64,000 bases of DNA from Candidatus Rokuibacteriota bacterium (lineage in GTDB: Bacteria > Methylomirabilota > Methylomirabilia > Rokubacteriales > CSP1-6). The position numbers and the translations under genes are program-made. Location: contig JAUSJX010000012.1 in the NCBI GenBank assembly GCA_030647435.1, positions 8,063 through 72,062 of the forward strand. The letters run 5' to 3'. The notes under the pieces are model-generated. The model saw only the letters and a program-made list of their open reading frames with translations. It did not search any database and was not told where the DNA came from. This document shows positions 1 to 7,655 of this stretch, piece by piece; the stretch's first letter is position 1; each line of letters begins with the position of its first letter.

Positions 1-77
1 TACCAGACGGCGCCGCCGACGCCGACGAGGAGGAGGCACAGGACGACGCCGACACGGTAGCGCCTCAGCAGGTCCAT
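1..77 (-). CDS. 5' end of a divergently transcribed gene. The N-terminus MDLLRRYRVGVVLCLLLVGVGGAVW looks like a signal peptide or TM helix. Partial: runs off the window start.
   Basis: Reverse complement of positions 77..1 begins ATG and encodes a hydrophobic N-terminus; divergent from nrdJ. Confidence 0.3.
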   Translation of the reverse strand, partial: MDLLRRYRVGVVLCLLLVGVGGAVW

Positions 78-188
78 TGGGGCTCGGCTGACGGATTGGA
101 CGGGGTCATTGGCTCTCGCGGTGCCCCCATTCTATGGATGCGAGGCAAAGAGTCAAGCTTGTGATTCTCCTGTGTTAAGCTGGCTTCC

Positions 189-3100
189 ATGGCGGTCATG
201 GCGAGACCTTCCAAGTCCGGCCGGTGGTCGGAACCCGCCCTGCGCGTCCTCCGGGAGCGTTACCTCGCCCGCTACGACGGGCAGGTGGCCGAGACACCGG
301 AGGAGATGTGCTGGCGGGTGGCCGCCGCCATCGCGCGGGCGGAGGAGCGATTCGGCCGGAGCGCGGCCGCCGTCGGAGAGGTCGCCGCCGCCTTCTACGA
401 CATGATGGTCGAGGGGCAGTTCCTGCCCAACTCGCCGACGCTCATGAACGCGGGCAGGGACAACCAGCTCCAGTACTCCGCCTGCTACGTGCTCCCGATC
501 GGCGACTCCATGGGCGAGATCTTCGATTCGGTCAAGGCCGCCGCGATCATCCATAAGTCTGGAGGCGGGACCGGGTTCGCGTTCTCGCGCCTCAGGCCCA
601 AGAACGACCTCGTCCGCTCCACGGGCGGCCGGGCTTCGGGCCCGGTCTCCTTCCTGCGCGTCTTCAACGCGGCCACCGAGGCGGTGAAGCAGGGCGGCAC
701 CCGGCGCGGCGCCAACATGGGCGTGCTGCGCGTGGACCACCCGGACATCCTCGAGTTTATCGAGTGTAAGCTCGACGGCGGCATCACGAACTTCAACATC
801 TCGGTCGCGATCACCGACGCGTTCATGGCGGCGCTCGAGGCGGGCCTGGACTACGACCTCGTCAACCCGCGGACTGGGCTCTGCGTCGGGAGGCTCTCGA
901 CGCGCGAGGTCTTCGACCGCATCGTCCACGCCGCGTGGCGGACGGGAGACCCGGGGCTCGTCTTCATCGACCGTATCAACGCGAGCCCGGCGAACCCCAC
1001 GCCGGAGGCGGGGCAGATCGAGGCGACCAACCCATGCATCAGCGGCGATGCGCTCGTGGCGACGGACCGCGGGCTTATGCGCATGGATGAGCTGGTCGCC
1101 CGCTACCGCGAGGGTGGTGTGGCGGTCATGGTGGACGGCCGGCTTCTCCCGGAGCGGCTTATGCTCTGGGAGGGCACTCACGACGTGCCCCTGACCTCCT
1201 ATGGTGACGGATGCCTCCCAATCAGTCGGGCGTTTCCCTCCGGGGAGCGAGCGACGGTGCGGATCCGTACGCATTCGGGCTTTGAGCTCGTCTGTACGCC
1301 GGACCATCGGCTCATGACGGATCGAGGCTGGGTGGAGGCGGGCTCGCTGGCGATCGGCGAGGACCGGGTCTGGATTCAGAGTGATCCAGGGGTCTTCGCG
1401 TCCAACGACCGACTCCCGTTCGACACCTCCCGCGAATTCAAGGGCCGAAACGGCCGCGTGTACCGCCACAACCTGCCGACCGCGTGGAGTCGCGACCTCG
1501 GCCTCGTGCTCGGGTGGCTTGTCGGTGACGGCTGGCTCAGGGCAGGGGATCGCAACTGCCGGGTCGGCTTCAGCTTCGGCGCCGGTGACGTGGAGATACG
1601 AGACCGAATCCAGGAGGTTGTGGACGGCTGGTATGGTCACCCGACGCGCGCTGTCGAGCGCGCGCGGGGCGTGTGGCATGTCTCATACCACGGCAAGTTC
1701 TTCGTCGACTTCTTCCGCGGCTTGGGGGTCCTGCCTGTCCGCGCGGCTTCGAGCGCCGTGCCCGCCTCGCTGCTCGGGGCGCCGCGCGAGGCCGTCATTG
1801 GATTTCTCCAGGGGCTCTTCACGGCGGACGGGACGTTCCGCGACAATCCACAGACCAACAGCTCGTGGATCGCGCTGACGTCGAAGAGCCGTGAGCTGCT
1901 CCGTGGCGTTCAGATCCTCCTCCTGAACCTCGGCATCAGGAGCCGTATCTTCGATCGGTCGCGTCCGCCCCGCGAAGGGCTCTTCTCCTACACTTCATCT
2001 CGCGGAGAAGTTCGTTCGTATGGCTCGGACGGCGTGCTGTACGAGCTCGGCATCTTCGGGAAGTCCCGGGAGGCCTTTCGCCAGAGTGTAGGTTTCATTG
2101 GACGCAAGCAGGAGCGCCTGGGCGCGGTCCGCTATCGCGGTTTCTACATGCAGCGGTTCTCCGACCCGGTCGTCGCGATCGATTCTGCCGGGGTCCGACC
2201 GGTCTATGACCTCACGGAACCCCAGAGCCATTCCTTCGTCGCCAACGGCCTCGTGCTCCATCAATGCGGCGAGCAGCCTCTTTTGCCGAACGAGGCGTGC
2301 AACCTGGGCTCGCTCAATGTCGCCCGGTTCGCGCGCCAGCGGGACGGGCGGTGGGCAGTCGATTGGGAAGAGATGGAGCGTGTCGTTCGTCTCGCGGTGC
2401 GCTTTCTCGACGACGTCATCGAGGTCAACCCCTATCCGTTGCCGGAGATCGACCTTACGGTCAAAGCCAACCGGCGCATCGGCCTCGGCATCATGGGATG
2501 GGCCGATCTCCTCTTCGCGCTCGAGATTCCCTACGACAGCCAGGAGGCCCTCGACCTGGCGGGGCGGCTCATGGCCTTCGTCGAGGACAAGGGGCACGAC
2601 CAGTCGGCGCGGCTTGCCGAGGAGCGGGGGCCGTTCCCGAACTGGTCCCGGTCCATCTACCGCGACGGCCGGCCGCTCCGGAACTCGACGGTGACGACGA
2701 TCGCGCCGACCGGCACGATCTCCATGATCGCCGGCTGCTCGTCCGGTATCGAGCCGGTTTTCGCGCTGGCCTTCGAGCACCGGGTCAAGGGCGTTGACGG
2801 CGAGCGCGTGCTGCCGTTCGTGAGCCAGAGCTTCGAGCGGCTGGGGCGGGAGCGCGGCTTCCTCTCGGACGCGCTCATGAGCGAGGTGGCCCGTCGCGGC
2901 TCGCTCCACGGCATCCCGGGCGTGCCCGAGGAGGCGCGCGCGGTGTTCAAAACGGCGCACGAGATCCATTGGAGCTGGCACGTGCGCCACCAAGCGGCCT
3001 TCCAGAAGCACACCGACAACGGCGTGTCGAAGACCATCAACCTGCCTGCCGAGGCGCCCAACTCCGACGTCGCGGAGGCGTACCTCCTCGCGTGGCGGGA

Positions 3101-3752
3101 AGGTTGCCTGGGCATCACGGTTTTCCGCGACGGGTGTAAGGGGGGCGGACAGGTGCTCAACGTGGGGGTCGGCAGCGAGGGCGCGGCGCTTCAGGACGCC
3201 GGCGGCGCGCTCGGCGACCGGCTGGGCGACCGGGTGGGCGACCGGCTGGGCGACCGGGTGGTCAAGCCGCGGCCCCACAGTCTCTCGGGTGCCACGCACC
3301 GCATGGAGACTCCGATCGGCACGGCCTTCATCACAGTGAACGAGACGCCGGGCGGCGATCCCTTCGAAGTGTTCGTCCAGGTCGGCAAGGCCGGCTCGGA
3401 CACCATGGCCGTGGCCGAGGCGCTCGGCCGGCTGATCTCGCTGGTGCTCCGGCTGCCGTCGCCGCTCTCGGCCCAACGGCGCCTCGAGGAGGTCGTCAGC
3501 CAGCTCTCGCGGATCGGCGGCGGCCAGCCCACCGGGTTCGGCGCCGCCAAGATCCTGTCCCTGCCGGATGCGCTCGCGCGAACGCTGGGCGAGCACATCG
3601 GATTAGGACGCCCCCAGGAGCCGGAAGCGGACGCGGCGGCGCCGGCGGGACAGCGCCGGGTGGGGGACCTCTGCAAGGAGTGCGGGCAGGCGACCTTGGT
3701 GTACGAAGAAGGCTGCAAGAAGTGCCTGTCCTGCGGCTTCAATGAATGTTAG
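189..3752 (+). CDS. nrdJ: Class II adenosylcobalamin-dependent ribonucleotide reductase (NrdJ), intein-containing, with a C-terminal Cys4 zinc-ribbon
   Basis: RNR class II motifs are present. The active-site sequence TNPCGEQPLLPNEACNLGS is split by the intein. Other matching regions: GGGTGFAFSRLRP and the C-terminal CKECG...CKKCLSCG. Start could be ATG 189 or ATG 198. Confidence 0.9.
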   Translation: MAVMARPSKSGRWSEPALRVLRERYLARYDGQVAETPEEMCWRVAAAIARAEERFGRSAAAVGEVAAAFYDMMVEGQFLPNSPTLMNAGRDNQLQYSACYVLPIGDSMGEIFDSVKAAAIIHKSGGGTGFAFSRLRPKNDLVRSTGGRASGPVSFLRVFNAATEAVKQGGTRRGANMGVLRVDHPDILEFIECKLDGGITNFNISVAITDAFMAALEAGLDYDLVNPRTGLCVGRLSTREVFDRIVHAAWRTGDPGLVFIDRINASPANPTPEAGQIEATNPCISGDALVATDRGLMRMDELVARYREGGVAVMVDGRLLPERLMLWEGTHDVPLTSYGDGCLPISRAFPSGERATVRIRTHSGFELVCTPDHRLMTDRGWVEAGSLAIGEDRVWIQSDPGVFASNDRLPFDTSREFKGRNGRVYRHNLPTAWSRDLGLVLGWLVGDGWLRAGDRNCRVGFSFGAGDVEIRDRIQEVVDGWYGHPTRAVERARGVWHVSYHGKFFVDFFRGLGVLPVRAASSAVPASLLGAPREAVIGFLQGLFTADGTFRDNPQTNSSWIALTSKSRELLRGVQILLLNLGIRSRIFDRSRPPREGLFSYTSSRGEVRSYGSDGVLYELGIFGKSREAFRQSVGFIGRKQERLGAVRYRGFYMQRFSDPVVAIDSAGVRPVYDLTEPQSHSFVANGLVLHQCGEQPLLPNEACNLGSLNVARFARQRDGRWAVDWEEMERVVRLAVRFLDDVIEVNPYPLPEIDLTVKANRRIGLGIMGWADLLFALEIPYDSQEALDLAGRLMAFVEDKGHDQSARLAEERGPFPNWSRSIYRDGRPLRNSTVTTIAPTGTISMIAGCSSGIEPVFALAFEHRVKGVDGERVLPFVSQSFERLGRERGFLSDALMSEVARRGSLHGIPGVPEEARAVFKTAHEIHWSWHVRHQAAFQKHTDNGVSKTINLPAEAPNSDVAEAYLLAWREGCLGITVFRDGCKGGGQVLNVGVGSEGAALQDAGGALGDRLGDRVGDRLGDRVVKPRPHSLSGATHRMETPIGTAFITVNETPGGDPFEVFVQVGKAGSDTMAVAEALGRLISLVLRLPSPLSAQRRLEEVVSQLSRIGGGQPTGFGAAKILSLPDALARTLGEHIGLGRPQEPEADAAAPAGQRRVGDLCKECGQATLVYEEGCKKCLSCGFNEC
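1035..2264 (+). mobile_element. Intein (410 aa) inserted between NP and CGEQ of the NrdJ active site; carries a LAGLIDADG homing-endonuclease domain
   Basis: Block A CISGDALV at the N-terminal splice junction; block B TPDH; two LAGLIDADG motifs (LGWLVGDGWL and LQGLFTADGTF); block G SHSFVANGLVLHQ followed by the +1 Cys. The terminal residue is Gln rather than the usual Asn. Confidence 0.85.
3213..3260 (+). repeat. In-frame 4 x 12-bp tandem repeat (ggcgaccggctg/ggcgaccgggtg) encoding LGDRVGDRLGDRV in the NrdJ C-terminal linker
   Basis: Directly visible tandem copies. Confidence 0.8.
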
Positions 3753-3788
3753 TCGGGGAATGTTAGTCGGGGAATGTTAGAGGGCGTC
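3744..3788 (+). repeat. 3 x 15-bp tandem repeat (gaatgttagtcgggg); the first copy contains the nrdJ TAG stop and every copy contains tgttag
   Basis: Directly visible; the third copy is degenerate (gaatgttagagggcg). Confidence 0.75.
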
Positions 3789-3789
3789 C

Positions 3790-4086
3790 ATGTTCAGCGG
3801 CGGTGACTACGACGAGGTCGCGAGGTGGCTCGAGAACTTCGCCATCTCCCACGCCAAGCGGGAGGATCTCCGCGCGGAGTGCGCGCTGGACACTGAAAGT
3901 CCCCGCGAAGGGACGAGCTACGGCCTGCGCGTGAAGGTCGGCGATCACCTCTCCTCCGAGATCGCGCTCGGATTCGACGACGTGGCGGCCGGGCGCGGTA
4001 GCATGGCCTGGTGCCGGTCTCTGGCCGACCGCGTGCGCGGCCTCGTCAGCGAGGCTACGCGTGATAGTTCGCTAAGACCCGCCTAG
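3790..4086 (+). CDS. Hypothetical protein (98 aa), no recognisable domain
   Basis: ATG start 2 nt after the repeat; GC3-rich codon usage typical of this genome; fills the gap between nrdJ and the permease. Confidence 0.4.
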   Translation: MFSGGDYDEVARWLENFAISHAKREDLRAECALDTESPREGTSYGLRVKVGDHLSSEIALGFDDVAAGRGSMAWCRSLADRVRGLVSEATRDSSLRPA

Positions 4087-4088
4087 CG

Positions 4089-5636
4089 GTGCCGTCCCGG
4101 CGCCGCTCCCCGCGCTGGCTCGCTCCCGGGGACTGGAACGCGTTCTTCGGGCTGGCGCTCGACAACACGACCCAGCTCGTCATCCTGTCGAGCCTGCTCA
4201 TCGGGGTGTTCAAGTTTCCCGCCGACCTCGTCCTTGGGCGCATGGTTCCCGGCACGGCCGCCGGCGTGCTGGTCGGTGACCTGGTCTACACCGCGCTCGC
4301 CATCCGTCTCATGCGGCGCACCGGACGCGACGACGTCACGGCGATGCCCTTCGGGATCGACACGCCCTCGCTCTTCGGCATCGTCTTCGGCGTGCTGGGT
4401 CCCGTGATGCTGCTGACCGGCGACCCGGTACTCGCCTGGAAAGTCGGCATGGGCGTGACCGTGGCGATGGGCGCGCTCAAGCTCGTCCTCGCCTTCGCGG
4501 GCGACCGGGTGCGCAGGCTCGTGCCGCGCGCGGCCCTCCTGGGATCGATCGCCGGGGTCGCCATCCTGCTCGTCGCCTTCCTGCCCGCGCTCAAGGTCTT
4601 CGCCGATCCGCTCGTCGGGGTGACCTCGCTGACCATCGTCCTCGTCGCGCTGGTGGGACGTGTGAGACTGCCGGGCGGCGTGCCCGGCGCCTTCGCGGCG
4701 GTCGCGGCGGGCGCGGCGGTGTTCTGGCTGCGGGCGGCGTGGGGCGCCGGGCCCGCCTCGCTCGCGGCGCCCCCTGCGGCGCTCGCCCCGGCCATCCCGT
4801 GGCCGACGCTGTCGTGGGTGCCCGCCTTCGGCGCCGCGCTGCCGTACCTGCCGCTCGCCGCGCCCTTCGCGATCGCCACCGTGATCGGGGGCATCGACAA
4901 CACCGAGTCCGCCATCGCTGCGGGCGACGAGTACCACGCGCGGGACATCCTCCTGACGGAGGCGGTGGCGACGGCGGTGGCGGGGCTCTGCGGCGGCGTG
5001 ATCCAGAACACGCCCTACATCGGGCATCCGGCGTACAAAGCCATGGGCGCGCGCGCCGGCTACACGCTGGCGACCGCGCTGGTCATCGGCGTGGGCGGGG
5101 CGGTGGGCGCGGTCTCGGTCCTCGTGAGCGTGCTGCCGGAGGCTGCCGTCGCGCCCATCCTGATCTTCGTCGGTCTCGAGATCACGGCGCAGGCCTTCGT
5201 CGCCTCACCGGCTCGCCATGCCGCCGCCGTCGCAGTGTCTTTCATCCCCGCTGTCGCGGCCCTCGTGCTGATCGAGGTAACGAGCTTCCTGGCGTCGGTG
5301 GGCCGGAGCCCGGGCGATTTGCCAAGCGAGGGCAAGGCGGCCTTCCAGCATCTCCTCGTCCTCGGCAACGGCTTCATCGTGACGGCGCTCTTGTGGGGGT
5401 GGGCGCTGGCGTCCATCATCGACGGCCGCCTCGGGCGCGCGGCAGCCGTGTTCGCCGCCTGCGCTGCCGCTACGCTCTTCGGGCTCATACACTCGCCACT
5501 GCCGAGCGGCGCGCTCTTCCGGCCGTGGTCGGCGGGAGGCAGCGGGGCGCTGGCGCTGGCAACGGCTTACGGCGTCGGCGCGGGGCTCCTGCTGGCGCTG
5601 GCCCACGCCCAGAGCCGGACGCGCGAGGGGCGCTAG
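4089..5636 (+). CDS. Polytopic permease, NCS2/AzgA-like (xanthine/uracil/vitamin C permease superfamily)
   Basis: About 12-14 predicted TM segments. The motifs VIQNTPYIGHPAYKAMGARAGYTLATALVIG and LPEAAVAPILIFVGLEI resemble AzgA/NCS2 C-terminal core motifs. GTG start. Confidence 0.5.
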   Translation: MPSRRRSPRWLAPGDWNAFFGLALDNTTQLVILSSLLIGVFKFPADLVLGRMVPGTAAGVLVGDLVYTALAIRLMRRTGRDDVTAMPFGIDTPSLFGIVFGVLGPVMLLTGDPVLAWKVGMGVTVAMGALKLVLAFAGDRVRRLVPRAALLGSIAGVAILLVAFLPALKVFADPLVGVTSLTIVLVALVGRVRLPGGVPGAFAAVAAGAAVFWLRAAWGAGPASLAAPPAALAPAIPWPTLSWVPAFGAALPYLPLAAPFAIATVIGGIDNTESAIAAGDEYHARDILLTEAVATAVAGLCGGVIQNTPYIGHPAYKAMGARAGYTLATALVIGVGGAVGAVSVLVSVLPEAAVAPILIFVGLEITAQAFVASPARHAAAVAVSFIPAVAALVLIEVTSFLASVGRSPGDLPSEGKAAFQHLLVLGNGFIVTALLWGWALASIIDGRLGRAAAVFAACAAATLFGLIHSPLPSGALFRPWSAGGSGALALATAYGVGAGLLLALAHAQSRTREGR

Positions 5637-6982
5637 CGGCGGAGCAGGGCGAGCATCTCGTCGTCGCTCTTGAACTTGAGCTCTTCGACGCTGGCTAGGG
5701 CGGCGCGGGCGCGCTCCTCGGTTTCAATCCGCTGGACGTCCGCGTAGGTCACCGGCGAGGCCCCGGCCTTCTGGAGCGCGGCGCTGACCGCGTCCAGCAC
5801 GCGCAGGGCTTCGGCAGCGGGCCGCTTGGGCCGGGCCTGGAGCCAGGCGAGGACGTGCTTGATGCCCGTCTCGGCGTCGAGCTTGGCTCGGCCGACGACG
5901 CCGTCGCTGGCCCGCCGGGCCCATCCGACAACGAAGGTCCCCGCGAGCGGCTGCCCTTGCTCGGGATCCCAGACCTGGTACGCCGCGGCAGGATCGTGTT
6001 CGGCGCCGGGGGCGGTGACGTAGAGGCCTTCCTTGTACGGCAGCCCGAACCGTTCGTCCACCCGGTCGCCGACGGCGAAGACCACCGTGTCGCAGGGGAT
6101 GCGTGAGACTTCACCGGTGCCGACGGCGTTGATGCGCTCGCCCTTGCGCTCGAGCCGCGTCTCCTCGACCTCGAGAGCAACGACGCGACCGCCCTCGGCG
6201 ATGACGCGCTTCGGTGAGGCGAGAAAGCGAAACCGGAGCCGCGCCCTCGTTGGCTCGGTGGGCTCGGGTTTGACCGCAAGGGCCTTCAGGAGGTCGTCAG
6301 GATTCTGGCCCACAGCTTCGAGGCGCGGGCGGATGCGCTCGATTTCCCGGCGGTAGAGTGGGCGGTCGAAGGCGTCTTCGATATCTTCGAACTCCTTGTC
6401 CTCGTACGCCTTCTCGAAGGGGCCGCGCCGCGCGATCGCCACGATCTCGTCACAGTCGCAGTAGTGCGCGCAGTAGTTCGCGACGTCGACCATCACGTTG
6501 CCGACGCCGACGATGGCCACCCGGCGCCCCATGGGGAACTCCCGCTCGGCGAAGGGCGGGAGCCGGTTGAAGTGGTAGACGAGGTCCTTGGCGTGATACA
6601 CGCCCGGGAGCCGCTCGCCCTCGACGCCGAGGTACTTGGTGCCCTGGGCGCCGATGGCGAAGACCAGCGCGTCGAAGCCCAGGCCCTGCAGCTGGGTGAC
6701 GGTGAGCGGCCCGTCGGGTCCGACGGGCACATGGCCCAGGTACGTGACGCGCGGGTCGGAAAGGAACTTCTGAAACTGGCGCCTGAGCCCGCCCTTCATC
6801 TTGTACTTGTCGAGGAAGATGCCATACTCGGCCAGCCCGCCGGGCTTGATGTCGCGGTTGAGGAGCAGGACGCGGCAGCCCGCGGCGGCCAGGGCCCGGG
6901 TCGCGAAGAGCCCCGCGGGGCCGGCGCCCACGACAGCGACCACGTGTCCCGGCTCGTCCGCCATGGTGCCGGAAGATAGCAC
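5633..6982 (-). CDS. fprA: FprA-type NADPH:ferredoxin (adrenodoxin-like) reductase
   Basis: N-terminal FAD fold VAVVGAGPAGLFA. Second Rossmann motif VAIVGVGNVMVDVA, about 450 aa. Resembles mycobacterial FprA/adrenodoxin reductase family. Confidence 0.75.
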   Translation of the reverse strand: MLSSGTMADEPGHVVAVVGAGPAGLFATRALAAAGCRVLLLNRDIKPGGLAEYGIFLDKYKMKGGLRRQFQKFLSDPRVTYLGHVPVGPDGPLTVTQLQGLGFDALVFAIGAQGTKYLGVEGERLPGVYHAKDLVYHFNRLPPFAEREFPMGRRVAIVGVGNVMVDVANYCAHYCDCDEIVAIARRGPFEKAYEDKEFEDIEDAFDRPLYRREIERIRPRLEAVGQNPDDLLKALAVKPEPTEPTRARLRFRFLASPKRVIAEGGRVVALEVEETRLERKGERINAVGTGEVSRIPCDTVVFAVGDRVDERFGLPYKEGLYVTAPGAEHDPAAAYQVWDPEQGQPLAGTFVVGWARRASDGVVGRAKLDAETGIKHVLAWLQARPKRPAAEALRVLDAVSAALQKAGASPVTYADVQRIETEERARAALASVEELKFKSDDEMLALLRR

Positions 6983-7015
6983 AGGGCCCGATCGGCTGTG
7001 AATGAGTCATTTGGC

Positions 7016-7043
7016 TTGACCGTCCTATGGGCGTGATGATATT
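7016..7043 (+). promoter_or_regulatory. Putative sigma-70-like promoter (TTGACC-N16-GATATT) upstream of the cytochrome c gene
   Basis: Hexamer match by eye in the fprA/cytochrome intergenic region. Confidence 0.25.
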
Positions 7044-7094
7044 GGAGTAGCGGGTTTGTGAATCTTCTCACTAAGGCTCCGACGGGGTGCCGGG

Positions 7095-7147
7095 CCACCG
7101 AGGTCTTGCCAACCACCGGAGGTCTTGCCAACCACCGGAGGTCTTGG
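7095..7147 (+). repeat. About 2.7 tandem copies of a 19-bp unit (ccaccggaggtcttgccaa) immediately upstream of the cytochrome c RBS
   Basis: Directly visible. Confidence 0.7.
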
Positions 7148-7157
7148 AGGACTGGAT

Positions 7158-7574
7158 ATGCGCAAGGTTGTGAGGCAGGCGGCAGCGGTAGCGGCGTTCG
7201 CGACAGGCGTGGTCGTGGCTTTTGGCCCCTCGGCTCCTGTGCTGGCGCAGGGGGCGTGGGAGGCGCCGGCGGCGGAGAAGGCGAAGAAGAACCCGCTTCC
7301 CGCAAATGCGGCGACCGTCGCGCAGGGCAAGAAGGTGGCCGCGGTCAACTGTGTGTCCTGCCACGGCGCCAAGGGCAAGGGTGACGGGGCGGCGGCGGCG
7401 GCGCTCAATCCCAAGCCCGCAGACTGGACGTCCAAGAGGGTCCAGGCCGAGTCGGACGGGGAGATCTTCTGGAAGCTCAGCACCGGCCGAGGCGCCATGC
7501 CTTCCTGGAAGTTTCTGCCGGAGAACGACCGCTGGGCCCTGGTCGGCTACATCCGCTCGCTCGGAGGCAAGTAG
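7158..7574 (+). CDS. Secreted mono-haem c-type cytochrome (class I, c6/c552-like)
   Basis: Signal peptide; single CxxCH (NCVSCHGAKG); Met ligand region GAMPSWKF; RBS ggagg 8 nt upstream of the ATG. Confidence 0.8.
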   Translation: MRKVVRQAAAVAAFATGVVVAFGPSAPVLAQGAWEAPAAEKAKKNPLPANAATVAQGKKVAAVNCVSCHGAKGKGDGAAAAALNPKPADWTSKRVQAESDGEIFWKLSTGRGAMPSWKFLPENDRWALVGYIRSLGGK

Positions 7575-7655
7575 CGCTCCGGGCTGGGCCCGGCTCTTCG
7601 GAAGTTTGTTCGCCACGGGCACGCCGCGTAGCAGTAATATCTGGCCGGGTTGCCC

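Noticed and set aside
78-188. B12 riboswitch or NrdR box upstream of nrdJ
   Set aside because: The leader is about 110 nt with no B12-box. The near-palindrome gtgattctcctgtg does not match the NrdR-box consensus well.
153-1679. 508-aa minus-strand ORF antisense to nrdJ
   Set aside because: It overlaps a gene with strong motif-level identification on the other strand. Long antisense ORFs are expected by chance in about 70% GC DNA, and it has no recognisable motifs.
3744-3788. CRISPR-like array
   Set aside because: The repeats here and at 7095..7147 and 21787..21821 are 12-19 bp, directly tandem with no spacers, so they are microsatellite-type repeats and not CRISPR.
7579-7600. Short hairpin (ccgggc-tgg-gcccgg) after the cytochrome c gene as a terminator
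   Set aside because: The stem is only 6 bp and the downstream U-tract is weak (ctcttcgg); it is not convincing without 3'-end data.
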